A DNA stretch of 64,000 nt. It comes from Paraspadella gotoi. Lineage: Eukaryota; Animalia; Chaetognatha. The stretch is from contig JBJCIZ010000028.1 of the NCBI GenBank assembly GCA_051294375.1, positions 1,177,576-1,241,575 on the forward strand, read 5' to 3'. Position numbers and translations under genes: made by a program. Position 1 is the stretch's first letter, and each line of letters begins with the position of its first letter. Positions 27,401-40,400 of this stretch are shown piece by piece. Below the pieces are notes generated by a model. The model was not told the origin of the DNA. It was given only the letters and a program-made list of their open reading frames with translations, and made no database searches.

Positions 27401-28641
27401 GTGGTCTTTTCATACAATTGAAACATTCTTTGAAACAATATACCACTTCATTGATAGGGAAGCCAGGTACTCTGGGAGTGAATAAACGAGACTGTGAGAG
27501 AATCTTGATTGAAAGCTTGCAGGGACCTGCAATGTTATTATCTTGTAAGAGTGATGGAGGCCTTAAACCACAAAAGCCTGTCCAAAGTCGTATATCAATT
27601 TTGTTTCTTTTTTTTGGGGCTCAGTTTTTAGCGTGAGGTATGAAATATATTAAATAATTGAATATACTCTGATCTTTGAATATATCTCATTTTCTAAAAG
27701 AATTTGTAAATTTTTTAAAGAGGAAGCCTCCCAGTAAGATTAGATGATCGCACAATTTATTACTAGCAATCAAATAGTAGCTACAAGGCATAAGTTTCTC
27801 ACTCAAGCATTTAAATGAAAAAAAGAGTTTAAAATATAAATTTGTTATAGCAAGGCCAGACAATATTCCATATCCCAAGATACCTCATCTTATGCTTTTC
27901 CTTCATGTGCTTGAGAATATCGGGTCTCCACTTGACGCGGACCTTACACGAGCCGATTGTGCATTGGAAGCGCTTCTTAAGGTGTTCGCCGTCGATGTGC
28001 TCTTGCATGGCCCGGTTCTTGGTGAACTCCTTATCGCAGAACCGGCAGTGGAGGATGCCGGAGTAATTGGCACCGGCGCCTCCTTCGCCGTGTTTGCGCA
28101 CGCGGTGGACGAGGAGGCCGCGTACAGTGTCGAAGTCTTTGCCGCAATCCACGCAGGAGAGATCGTCCTCTGCGGCGTCGGCGGCGCGAGTGGCGCGGGC
28201 GAAGTTGGGATCGCTGTCGTCGTCGTCGTCTTCCACTTCCTCCTCTGAGTCGTCGTCGTCGTCGTCATCATCCTTTGTTTTCGTTTCGTCGAGAAGAGAT
28301 AACATTTTCTCCACGTGTTTCTCTTTCGTCAAAACGACTTTCACATCTTTGTCGATGACGTCGTCGTCTTCGTCGTCGTAATCGTCGTCGTTTTCGTCGT
28401 CGTCGTCTTCGTCGCCGTTGACGCTAGGATCGCCGTTGACGGAGGCGTCGACGAGTCGAGTCTTTTCTTCTATGATTTGAACCTCGTCGTCGTCGTCGTC
28501 GTCTTCCTTCGCTCGCCATTGCGTCCGCGCCACCACGGCGCCAACTGCAGCGCCGACAGCGCCGACTTCAGCTCCGCCAGAGTTCGTTTCCTCATCGTCG
28601 TCGTCGTCGTCGTCGTCGCTCTTCCGCTTTGTCGAGCGCAT
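24494..28641 (-). CDS. C2H2 zinc-finger protein with acidic N-terminus and long disordered C-terminus (2 coding exons)
   Basis: Exon 28641-27884 has three C2H2 fingers (CVDCGKDF..H..H, CRFCDKEF..H..H, CTIGSC..H..H). It splices in frame to exon 27315-24494 with three more (CNLCEF, CSACET, CTICND). Confidence 0.85.
27332..27589 (+). repeat. Dispersed repeat family, copy 1 (zinc-finger gene intron)
   Basis: Highly similar to the reverse complement of 44885-45141 and partly to 40585-40711. Confidence 0.85.
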
Positions 28642-29143
28642 CGTTCGGCAAAGAAAGCTTGGGACTAAATAATAATAAAAAACAAAACAATTATATATTA
28701 TAGTAACAAAAAACAAGTAAATAACGCAAATAATAACAAAAGGGATGGTAAACGAAGAAAAAACCCGACTCATAAAATAAAAACTAAAATCACCAAATGT
28801 CGAGTGCACCTTTGATAAATTCTTAATTTTCATCATTGGTTTTACAATCATTTTTTTTTTTAGTTAGAAGAGTTTGAAATTGGTAAAAGATCACAGATTG
28901 CGCTAATTAATTAAAAATCACAGTCTTTATATCGTAGGAATGAAAAGTTCGTCACATCGAAACTCACCGAAGATAAATCACTGATCAAGAATCATTCGAG
29001 TGGAAATCACAGAATTAAATCCCGATTTAACCGATTGAACCAAATCGTCCAGTTTTTCCAGGTCAGTCTCGGTCTCTATCATGACTCACGACTCACGAGT
29101 CATAGTCAGAAGAAATGATGACTCATAAATCTCCAACAAACTT

Positions 29144-31138
29144 TCAGAGCGTGTTGTTCCCGATAAACCTGTTCCCCTCTGACTGTTTCCCGAAGTAGAC
29201 GTATCGACATTTTCCGTAGGCTTCTTTCGTATCTTTGGCCGCCTCCGCTCCGCCTTCGCTCGGCGGCAGCGGCGAAAAGGGATTCTCGCCGCCGCCGCCG
29301 CCGCTTTTCCTGCCGCGTCGCAGCAGCATCGAGGAAGTGGCGGCCATTGACGAGAGTGTCGAAGCCGACGACGACGACGACGAGGGATTCGACTGAAGTT
29401 CCTCCAAATCTTTCTCTTCGATTTTCACCGTGGAAAGGAATTGACCGCGGCGGAGCGCCTCTTGTCGCTCGGAGGCTGGAGGAAGGCGGGGAGGGAGACG
29501 AGGGAGAAGGGAGGAGAGGGAGAAGGGAGAGGAGAGGCGGGGGATGGAGACGAGGGACAAAAAGGAGAAGAGAGAGAAAGAGAGGAGGGGAAAGAAGAAA
29601 ATTTAGGAAAGGGTCTCTTGTTATGGGGGAATGACGATGATTTAATGCTAGTGTGGCGGAATTACAATTGGAAGCAATTAGTTTTAAATGATACTAAATG
29701 TCTAATCAATCATTATCATCAAATTCTACACTAATGACTAGAGTGAATTAGTAATAAGAGAGCACGAATAGATTTCGTGATAACGTTGACGTTCAATCGT
29801 CGGTGATAATTAAATGCCAACACGACAATATGCAAATGAGATTGATGAGCTCAATCTCATTTTCGGTCGAATTAAAATTTTTCGTTGTAATCTCATAACA
29901 AACAAATACGTAATTGTCTGATTTGAAGCGAGAGAACAAAACCCAGAACGGAAACCAACCAGAAACCGGCGTAAAGTCCAAAAAGTTGAGTCCCGGCAAT
30001 TTGTGCACAACCAAATATCTGTATCGTTGATAATCGTCCATCTCTTCGTCCTCATCATCCAACAAATTCAAACTCGGGCAGCACTGATTCCCTACGAGAC
30101 TCAAAAAGGTCAGCGAGGGAAACTTCCACCTGCACATGCTGACCACTCGGTCCAGGTCGACCAGGCGGTTCTTGTTCAGGCTCAGCGTCGCCAGGCGAGT
30201 CAGGTTGGGAAAGACGACGTCGTCGTCGAGGCTGTTGTTGTCGAGGACGAGCTCTTCCAAGGCGAAGAAGGCGTCGAGGCCTTTGACGTTGACGAGAGAG
30301 TTGAAGGAGAGGTCGAGCTTCTTGACGATCGGAGCGAAGCGAGAGAGAAAAGGAGGAACGAGGACGAGATCGCGAGAGGCGAAGGAGAGGAAACCGGAGG
30401 AGAAGAAGATGGAGGAGGAATCGTCGGGAGGAAGGGAGGAGGAGGAAGAGGAGGAGGCCTCCTCCGCCACTTCGAGGGATTCGGTGAAACAAGAGACGTC
30501 GTCGGTGGAGGGAGGGAGAGGAGAAGTTGTTGTTGTTGTTGTAGAAGAGGATGCCGGCGCTGAAGAGAAGGAAAAGATTAATTATTAACTCGTTTTCTAA
30601 CAGAGGGATATCTCTGTTGTGATTTCATTTCAGACAATTCACAAATTAATCTGCTACAGTTTTATGGTTTAAGTGGTTTTTTATTCGTTAATAAGTAAAA
30701 ATGTCGAACTTTGGCAGTTAGACTATCTGTTCTAAACCTCGTATTAATGGCTCAGCGGGTTAAATCATCACGTCTCAACCGTGAGTCCCGGGTTCAATAT
30801 CCGTGACATCACAGGTAAGCCATATTTTTAATTATTTAAACATTCATTGTTAGAAAATAATAGCAGGTCACTTTAATTTCAAGCATATAAAAATTACTAA
30901 GAGGTAATCACAAAACGACAATATGCAAATAAGATTAAGAGCGAAACAAACACCAATAAGTACAACCCAACGTTTCTTCGTGATTACCTATTTATGTTTT
31001 TTCTCGATTCTAGTTTCCTTCACTGTTTCGTTTTAATTTTTTGTTTTGTTACTTACGTTCGAAAACATGTTCCAAAGGCTTGGACTCGACGGCGTAGGTC
31101 ACACCGCGGTTTCTATGGTAATTCCCTTCCGGTTCCAC
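29144..31138 (-). CDS. LRMDA: Leucine-rich melanocyte differentiation-associated protein-like (C10orf11); first exon uncertain (possibly ATG near 31494)
   Basis: LDLSFNSL..LEELVLDNNSL..LSLNKNRL..LSLVGNQCCP..DYQRYRYLV..LNFLD and the family C-terminal YGKCRYVYFGKQSEGNRFI. A phase-compatible upstream exon lies at 31138-31057. Confidence 0.88.
30741..30812 (+). other. tRNA-like Pol III module (SINE head or tRNA pseudogene) in an LRMDA intron
   Basis: A box TGGCTCAGCGG (30748) and B-box-like GGTTCAATATCC (30791) at tRNA spacing. No convincing cloverleaf. Shares CAACCGTGAGT.CCGGGTTCAAT with the TRIM LTRs. Confidence 0.6.
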
Positions 31139-31972
31139 TAGAAATAATCAACGATGAAATACAATGTATATATAAACTTCGATGATCATAATAATTACCA
31201 TTAAAAGCTCAACAACTACGTCAACAGCAGAATAACTTTAAATAAGTCTAAAACGACTCTTAACATGACATTAAAATAAAATAACATTTCATGACTGAAA
31301 CTTTTTTTCCTGTCAAAAAGGAAAGAAGAGAAATTCCGGGTGCAAGTAGGAATACAATATAAAAAAAAATGAACTAAAGCATCGGGAAAAAAAGGAATAA
31401 AAAGTTTGTGAAAATAAACTGCATGTTGCATTGATAGCACTGTTACGCTGCATGGTGACAGCGTTGCATTGATAGTCTACTCAGGTTCTCCATTTTTGGC
31501 CGAAATTATTTAAAACAAAAATAAAACACTAATAATTTAGTTTTCATAATTCCGAACGAAGAATAAAATGAAGAAAATAAGATGAGGCAACAAGAAATGA
31601 AACCAAATAAAATTATAAAACGAAAAACTTCATCAATGAAGGAATGATAAAAAAATGATTTGTGGTCCTCAACGAAATCTAGGATGGAGATAAAATCTAT
31701 GACAATCTATGATAAAAGTTTATAACAATAATTCGAAATAAAGTAAGTTTATTTTTGGAATCCGCGGCGTAAGAGAAGATTCCGAGATATCGTGCAGGGT
31801 TCTACTTCTGATCGTTAAAATTGCGGAAGAAATATATTTTTGTTCTTTAGCTGTTATTTTTTTTGGACTAGAGTTTTCTTTGTCCTTCGATTGGCTATGG
31901 CCAATTGGCTAATTCTAGCTACGTTTTGTTTTGTTTTGTTTACTGTTTCTTTTTTATTTTGTTAGTTTATGT

Positions 31973-32809
31973 TTACTCTTCGTCGTCATCGTAAACCAAA
32001 CTACTGACTTCTCCCTGCAATTCTCGAATTGCGGCCAACATGTCTTCAGCTGAGTAGGGAGACGGGGCATGGACGACGGGCCGGTGGATGTGTGAGTCCA
32101 TCTCCGTCAAATTGGGCTCTATATTGGGCGCCAAATTGAGCTCTAGATTGGGCTCTAATGGCGCCTGATTAAGAGCCAGGATGGGCGCCATATTGAGCGA
32201 CATCTCGTGCGCCCCATTGTGTTTTGGCGCCAAATTGGCCCCAAAATTTTTCTCCATTTCGGATCGAGCGTTCGAATTCCGTTTTCTTTCAGGATCGCCG
32301 CCGCCGCCGCCGCCTCTCCCTCTCTCACCACCCCCTACCCCCAATTGGGTCAAGGAGTGCAGCTGCCTATAGAGGTCTCGATGACGTGGATTCCCCCTGG
32401 TGGCGTTGAGGAGAGGCTCGAGGATTCCCCGTTGATCGATCGCGTCGAGAATAAACTTCTGTTCGATCTGAAGCGTCTCGATCTTTTCCTTCATCTTCGA
32501 GTTGTGCATCGATTGAGATTGTTCCAATTCTCGCATGACGTCGCGGGCCGTTTGACGATCCAACGTCAACTCGTTCTGCACTTGTTGAAGATTCACGCGC
32601 GTCTTGGTCAGTTCCTGCTCCGCCGCGTCAAGGCTGCGCTGCAGCCGCGTCTTCTCCGCCTCGTAGCGGCGGCGCAGCTCCTCGGCACGGGCCTCGAGTT
32701 CCTTTGCGTTGTTGGCCTCTTTGGCTTCTAGGGTTTTTTCCAAATTAAGGATGCGGACCTGAAGAAAATGGAACAAAAAGATAGAATCTATATTTAGCTA
32801 TATTTACCG

Positions 32810-32864
<55 letters not shown>

Positions 32865-35800
32865 TTAATTATAAAACAAACCTTATACTCTTGGATCTCT
32901 CCATCCTTGACCTCCTCCACCCTCTTCGCTTCCGCCACGGTCTCCCGCAACGTCTCCTCCATATATTCCAGCCTCGTCTGTGTCGTCTCCGCCTTCACCT
33001 CCAACGCCTCCTTCAACGCCTCCAACCTCTCGTTCTTCTTCATCCACTCTTCCAACATCTCCGCGTCCGTCTTTAACTTCTGCGCCAGGGTTTCTCTCTC
33101 CTTGTGGGCGCGCTTCAACTCCGTCTTCAGAGCCTCGATCTCCGCCACGAGGGAATCTCGGCGCCACTCGTCAGCCTGACGCCGCGTCTCCGCCGAAGCG
33201 ACGGCGCCGTTCCTTGTCAAGAGGTTGCGCACGATGGCCAGGCGTTGGTCTTCGAATCCGAGACGCTTCTCGAAGTCTTGGAGTCTGAGATTGGCGTCGG
33301 CGAGAGGTTTGGCGAAGGAAGAGTAAAGGTCGTCGACGGAAGAACCGATTTTCTCGACGAAAGGAATGAGAGAAGAATCCAAAGTGGAGGAGGATGAGGA
33401 AGAGGAAGAAGAGGAGGAAGAGGAGGAGTCATCGGACCTCGCCCTCGCCAATTGCGATTCCAACCGCGAAACTTCTAGTTCCTTCAGATTCAACTGAAGC
33501 AAAAGTTGATGAACTTTTTCTTTCCACTTTTTAGATTTGGAAGCGGCGTCGGTGGCGGCGTCGTCGGTGGCGCCCCCGGCGCTAGCGGCGTCGTCTGCCG
33601 CCATTTTGAGCATATTCGTCAAAGACGCGACTTTGGCCGTTTGTTCGTTGAGAAGATTTTTCAGTCGCTCCGTCTCTCTCTCCTTCTCTCTTTCTTTCTC
33701 TCTCTCCATCTCTTTTTCACGGTCCTTCCCATCGTCGGCGGGCGTCAACGCGGCCGCCGTCTCCGCAGCACCCGGATGTAACTTTTTCAGTAGGGATTTG
33801 AGCCTCGCGATACACTTGTCTCTCTCACGGATTTCCACGTCTTTCACTCTTGCTATTTCCACAAGTTTGTTGTAATCTTCTTTGAGCGAAAGGTATTTAA
33901 CGGAGTCCGTCGCCGCGACGCCGGTCTTATCGGCGGCGTCGAACGGCACCGTCTGCGCCTCCTTGTAGTCCGTCGCCGCGACGCCGATTTTATCGGCGGC
34001 GTCGAACGGCACCGTCTGCGCCTCCTTGTCCGCGACCGACTGAGTAGCAGTGACGGTTGCGGCAGCGTTGGCGTTAGCGTTGGCGTATGCGCGGGCGGCG
34101 GCCTCGTACATATCCTCCATCCGCTTGGCGATTTCTTTCTTCTCAATTTCCGATTGTTCTAATCGCTTGATGAGCTCCTGCTTGCAAGATTGCAACGCGC
34201 AGATGGCCTCCAGCTGCTGTTTCTTCTGTATTTTAAGATTTTCCAGTTTCTCCGCCATTCCCGCGATGACCGAGGGATAGTCGACGGGAGCTCGTGTCGA
34301 AGAGCTGCGTCGAGGAGATTCCGCGGCGTCAGGGGCCGTCTCAGCAGCGGCGGCAGCGTCGTCGGGACGCGGCGGCGTCGGCGGGGCCGAGGAGGAGGAA
34401 GAAGAGGAATGCGCAGGAAAATTAGTCAAAGCGGGTGGCGGCTGAGGAAGAACCCAAGGCTGACCGGCGGTCGGTTGAGCTTTCAAAAACATCGGCGCGG
34501 GTCTCGGGATGGCAACTGGGGGAAATGGAATCGGGACCGAAAATCGGCCACCCGGATGCGTTAGAAACGGTGCCAGCTGAGGCAGAAGCCCCGCCTGATG
34601 AGCTTGAATCAGCGCCGCTTGACGCAGAAAATTCGCCGGATGAGGAATTATTGGTGCCGGAATCGTTGCCGGAAATGATGCCGTCGGTGCCGGAATCGTT
34701 GCCGGAAATGAAGCCATCGGTGCCGGAATTGTTCCCGGAAATGGTCCAGTCGGTGCCGGAATCGTTGCCGGAAATTGTGCCGTCGGTGCCGGAATCGTTG
34801 CCGGAAATGATGCGGTGGTCGCCGGAATTGTTGCAACAATAGACGCAGTAGGCGCCGCAACCGCTTCGCAAACCATTGCAGTACCAACTGCTGAAGTTGA
34901 TGCTGAAATCGATGTGGGAATTGATTTACTCGGCGCTACAAGCGATGAGGTTGGCACTGCAAGCGTCCCTGGAATTGATACAAGCTCTCCAGGAACTGAT
35001 GGGGTCGGCACACCATGTGGCCCAGGAACTGAAGCGGTTGGTGGCCCTAGTGACCGAGGAAAGGAGGCGAAAGATGCAGGAATTGATGCAGGAATTTCTG
35101 CTGGTGAAAATTCCGATGAAGCAGGAATTGAAGCAGTCGGCCCAGCATGAGTCACTATCGGTGCTGCATGGGAGGCAGCCAACGCTGAAGGTGGTCCCAC
35201 AACCGACCCAGGATAGGCAGATGGCGCCGCATGGGCTGCAGTAAGAGACGTGGTTGGCCCCACATGGGCTGCAGTAAGAGATGTGGTTGGCCCCACATGG
35301 GCTGTAGTAAAAGATGTGGTTGGCCCCACATGGGCTGCGGTAAGAGATGTGACTGAACCCACATGGGAGGGGGCAAATGATCCCGTTTGTGCCTCAAATA
35401 ACCCAGGATAGGGCGCGACCGATTCCCCAAGCAATCCCGGAGCTGTATTCGGGCCTGGAAGAGATGCAGGAAGAGACCCGGGAAATGATGTGGACGTAGC
35501 ATTGGACGCGGTTATGGATGCAGTCGGCGCCCCGAGGGAACCAGGAAAAGAAGCGGTTGGCAATGCATGGGATCCAGGGAATGGTGCGTTCAGCGTTGCT
35601 TGAGACCCGGGAAATGATGCAGTTGGCATTACATGGGACCCAGTGAAGGATGGTGTTGGTGCCTCAAAGGCACCGTGAAATGATGCAGTTGGCGCTGCAT
35701 GGGACCCAGGAAATGATGCGACAGGCGTTAAATCGGACCCGGTTAATGATGCGGTGGCCACTGCATGGGACCCGGGAAATGATACAGTTGGTGCTGCATG

Positions 35801-36604
35801 AGACCCAGGAAACTGTGCAGTTGGCCCTGCATGGGAACCAGGAAATTGTGCGATAGGCGCTGCATGAGTCCCTGGAAATGATGCGATAGGCGCTGCATTG
35901 GACCCGGCTAATGATGCAGTTGGTGCTGCATGGGACCCAAGAAATTGTGCGGTTGGCGCTGCATGAGACCCTGGAAATGATGCAATAGGTGGTGCATCAG
36001 ACCCGGTAAATGATGCAGTTAGTGCTGCATGAGACCCAGGAAATTGTGAGGTTGGCGCTGCATGAGACCCTGGAAATGATGCGATAGGCGCTCCATCGGA
36101 CCCGGCAAATGATGCAGTTGGTGCTGAAGGGGACCCAAGAAATTGTGCGGTTGGCGCTGCATGAGACCCTGGAAATGATGCGATAGGCGCTGCCTCGGAC
36201 CCGGCTAATGATGCAGTTGGTGCTGCATGCGACCCAGGAAATTGTGAGGTTGGCGCTGCATGGGACCCGGTTAATAATTCGTTTTGCGTTGAAGGATTCG
36301 TGGAGGCAGAGTCGGAATATCTCGAAGAATTCAAGGCAGAATTTTTTGATAAGGTGGAAACGTAACTTCTCGTGGAAGCAGAGGCAGCATTTCTCGGAAA
36401 TGCCGGAGAAAAACGCCGATATCGTTCGTCGTTGGAATCGTCGTTGTTGTAGTTGCCGGTGACACGAGGCCGAGATCGAGGCGTCGACGACGTCTCAAAA
36501 GCCGACGGCGGAAGCAGAGATCCCGGTGGCAGAGGAGGCGGAGTCGACCGAGACCTCGGCTCTGGAAAATCGTCGGGAGTTTTTAATCGAGTGCGAGACG
36601 CCAT
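31973..36604 (-). CDS. CCHCR1: Coiled-coil alpha-helical rod protein 1-like with a very long repeat-rich N-terminal extension (2 coding exons)
   Basis: A 1266-aa ORF plus a 267-aa ORF joined by an intron at ~32759-32882. The segments KWKEKVHQLLLQL..KELE, ELKRAHKERETLAQKLK and EQKFILDAIDQRGIL resemble remembered CCHCR1 blocks. The orthology call is tentative. Confidence 0.6.
32810..32863. repeat. (TAA)n microsatellite in the CCHCR1-like intron
   Basis: Perfect trinucleotide run; explains the poly-Ile tail of the 1266-aa ORF. Confidence 0.95.
34655..36270 (-). repeat. Coding 33-bp (11-aa) tandem repeat arrays inside the CCHCR1-like ORF
   Basis: FPGSHAAPTAS-type units (~35550-36270), TAAHVGPTTSL units (~35230-35370) and ASFPATIPAPT units (~34655-34830). 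Confidence 0.9.
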
Positions 36605-37498
36605 AGCGGAGGCAAAGGGAAGGCGAAAGTTTCAAAAGTGGGCCAAGATTTAACTGCAATGATAGCGAATCTGTGTGGGCAAAAGGTAAAAACAATATAA
36701 CTTGATAAGAATAATACCTAATAAGAATAATTATGTAATATCCTAATTACTCGCGACAACGGAAAAAAATAAAAGCAAAAAAAAAATCAATAATTTTAAG
36801 ACGAAGATTGTACGAATTACATAAGTAAAGGATTAAGAAATACGAAGGCGAAAGAGAACGAACTCGAAAAAATGATCATGAAATTTGTTTTGAATCATTT
36901 TTTTATTGCTCATTGCTCAATGTTCATTCTGCTAAACGAATAAAATCTTTAAAGCTGTACTTAAACTTTTCTTTACATTTGGGTGTAAACCGGATTTGAC
37001 CGTCCTTTTGACTCACGATGACTCACGCGAAAAAAAAATAGACAAGAGTCAAAAGACAAATGTCAACTGACGAGAGGACAGTAAATGCACTGATTCAAAC
37101 GAAATCAAATATCCCTTGTACAATGTACATAGCTTTTTGAATTAATATAAAAAATCTAATTTGCATATTGCAGTAACATTTCTTTGTGTATTTTGACTTG
37201 CCAGAATGAGAAGCATTTCCCACTTTAATTTTTGTTTTGTTTGTTTTCCTTATAAATTTTGATGAGCATATAGCAAGAAAGTTCTAAAATAGTAAAATTA
37301 GTATAAAGCGATGAAATTCCTCTAAGTCTCTTCAAACAACTTTATATCGAGTCCGTCTTTTTATTTTACTAATAATCCCGAGAGGTGTTAAAAAATCCCC
37401 TCTTTCCCTCCACAAAACCAAAGACTAAAACAACACATGCTCAATTGCTCATTGCTCAGTTTCAAGTTGAGTTCCCTAACATTACATTACATTGTCCT

Positions 37499-40400
37499 TT
37501 AGTTTAGCGGCAGCAGATGATCGGGTGTGAGACCTCGCACGTGCCGCGCCCACATCCGCCCGTACAGCCCTTCCAACCCTTCCGCGTATGCTTCCGGATC
37601 AAACAGCGTCGACGGCCGTCCCGGGCCGGCCCCTTCGTACCCGACGGGCGCCAGCCCTCGCCCGTTAAGCCAGACTTTGGCACGCGTGGCCTCGAGAAAG
37701 GCGACGTCGGTCCCGAGGCGAACCGCGATGTTCTCGTAGTCTTCATAATCTTTGGCGACGAGTTCGCCGCAGCCCAGCGCCTTCAGCTGCGACGACGCGA
37801 CGCGCGAAGCCAGCGTCTCCAGCGGCAGACTGACCATCGGCACGCCCGCCCAAAGAATGTCCATGCCCGTCGTGTGCCCGTTGCAGAGGGGCGTGTCGAG
37901 ACAGACGTCGGCCAATTGACCGCGCCTCACGTGCTCCTCTTTCGGCGCCACGTTGGAGAAGACGATCGAAGACGTCGCGACGCCGCGTTGTTTGAAGAAC
38001 GATAAGAGATTGGGCTCGGCGGAGGCAGGGAACCGCAGCAGCCACAGCACCGAACGCGGCACCCGCTTCAAAATCCGACTCCAAGTCTCTAAGATTTTGG
38101 GCGAAGTTTTGTAGAGTTGATTGAAATTGCAGAAGACGAGTGCGTCTTGCGGGAGATTGTATTGCGATCTCGCAGTGAGGAGGATCGATGAAGGAACAGT
38201 CTCTCCGTTGGCGATCGATCGTCGCCTTTTTCGATCTTCGTCATCTTCAGCGTCGTCGTTCTTAGCGTCTCTCTTACACGTCAACGACGGCGCCGTCCCG
38301 TTTTGGACGAGGATTCCGTTGATGCGAACAGCGTCGTCGTCGTCGGCGTCTTGGTGACGCGTCAAACCCACGACGCGATCGTAGTCGGCAGCTAATCGAA
38401 TCACTGGGATTTCCGTTTTGAATTCGGCGTTGCCGCCGCCGCCACCGCCGATGGAGACGTTAATGACTTGGCCGTTTTTGGCGAGAGCGTTGAGGTTGGT
38501 CAGAAGATCGACTCCGTTGAGAATGGCCGTCGCGGAGGCGGAGATTCTCTCTCGATCCGCGCCGGACGACGATGATCCCAACATTTCGGTCACGTGATCT
38601 TTGAGCGGTCGACCGTCGTCTTCTACAACCACGACGCGTTGGTCAAGATGAGGGAACATCTCTCGATGATCTCCCACGAAGAAACTCGACGGCATGCAGG
38701 CCAACTTCTCGGAAAACTGCTCCGTCGCGCCGGCGAGCGGCGTGCTCTGCAAGTCGGTGATGGCGTAGTCGATCCAGGACGCGCCCATCGTGCCGGGATA
38801 TCCGAGCCAGAGGACTTGAATCGGCGCCGGACGAAGAGCGAAAATCTCGTTCCTGGCGCCACGAGTGTAGCCGTTCATGTTGACGAGGATGTGTACGCCG
38901 TCCTGGGCGATCCGTTCCGCCGCGGCGCCGGCGGACGCGAAGCCGGAAAGATCTACGAAGCGGCGCTCGTCCAGCGCCTCGCGGATTCGGCGACGGAAGA
39001 CGGAGCCGTCGTCGGCCGAGAGGGCGTAGCAGAAGGCGTCGACGCGCCGGTGCGACTTCGGGACGGAACACATCAAGTGAGACGTCGGGTGATTACCGAA
39101 GTCGGAGGAGACGTAACCAACGCGGAGGCGAGACTCTTCCCGACGAGGAGGATGAGGCAAAGTGGGAAGGCGGAGGGATCCAACTTTTTCCGAGCAGAAG
39201 AGGGCGTGTTTGGCCGCGATGGCACGGCGGTGGGAGTGGGGAAGGGGGTAGAGCATAGAGTGGTGAGGGTGGACTGAAGGCAGGGGGCGATACTTGTCAT
39301 TGGAGAGTTGATCATCGATGATGCGGACCACCTGATTGAGGGGGGCGGATGTTAAGGGGAAAAGAGAAACAAACATTGAATGGTTACCTTGGTAATGCGT
39401 TGATCGTAATCTGTCCAGTCGCAGACGATCTGCAGGCAATGGGCCAAATTGCAGAAGGCGTCGGGAAAGTCGGGTTTGAGGCGAAGGGCGGATTTGTAGC
39501 CAGAGATTGCTTCGCCGATGTTGCCGGAGTCCTAGGGGGGAGGGAGGAAGGGGGCGAAATGGGGGGGGGAAGGAAATAAGGATTGGAAAAGAAAGAAAGG
39601 TATGTAACTTAGGTTTATACTTTAATGAAATGAGACAAGTGTTTTATTGATTCGTTCACTTATTCAATAATTCATTCGTTCAATCTATAACGATTAAATT
39701 ATCCAGTATAACGATCGAGACCAACCTTATGAACAGAGGCGAGATTGGAGTGAGCGTCGGCGAAGCCTGGATTGATGGCGATGGCTCGATCGTAGCATCG
39801 AATTGCGGCGGCGGCGTCGCCCACTTCCTTCAAGGTGTTGCCGAGATTGGAGTAGGCGTCGGCGAAGGTGGGTTGGATGCGGATCGCCTCTCGATAGTGC
39901 TGCAGCGCCTCGTGGAGGCGGCCCTGCTGCTGCAGCACCGAGGCCAGATTGCTGTGGGCGGCGGCGAATTCGGGAAAGATTTCGAGGGCTTTTTTGTAGA
40001 GGCGAATGGCTTCGTTCAATTCGCCCTTTTCCCTTTGGATGTTGGCCTGCGGTGTGGGAAGAAAGAGCATTGATAGATTTAATTAATGAGTTGGTAATAT
40101 TACATTTGATTTCTATAGTAGTATTCTATCAGGCGGCGCGTACCAAATTGTTCAGAGAGTCCGTGTGCGTGGGGCAAAGTCTTAGCGCCCGCGCGTAACA
40201 TTCCTCCGCCTCAGAGATCTGACCCTTTTCCTTCAACGCGTTCGCCAAATTACAGAAAGCGTCAGGGAAGTGAGGTTGGAGTTCTATCGCTTTCCTAAAG
40301 AGGAAAACGGATTTGTATCATATTTAATTACTTATTCTAGAGAAAATAAAGTTATATTTGTTACAACAACGATTTTATATAGAATTTGAGCGGACATGTT

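Noticed and set aside
30741-30812. Functional tRNA gene
   Set aside because: A and B boxes are present but the acceptor and anticodon stems do not pair convincingly.
32804-32882. Poly-isoleucine C-terminal membrane anchor of the 1266-aa ORF
   Set aside because: It is read-through into an intronic (TAA)n microsatellite after the donor at ~32882.
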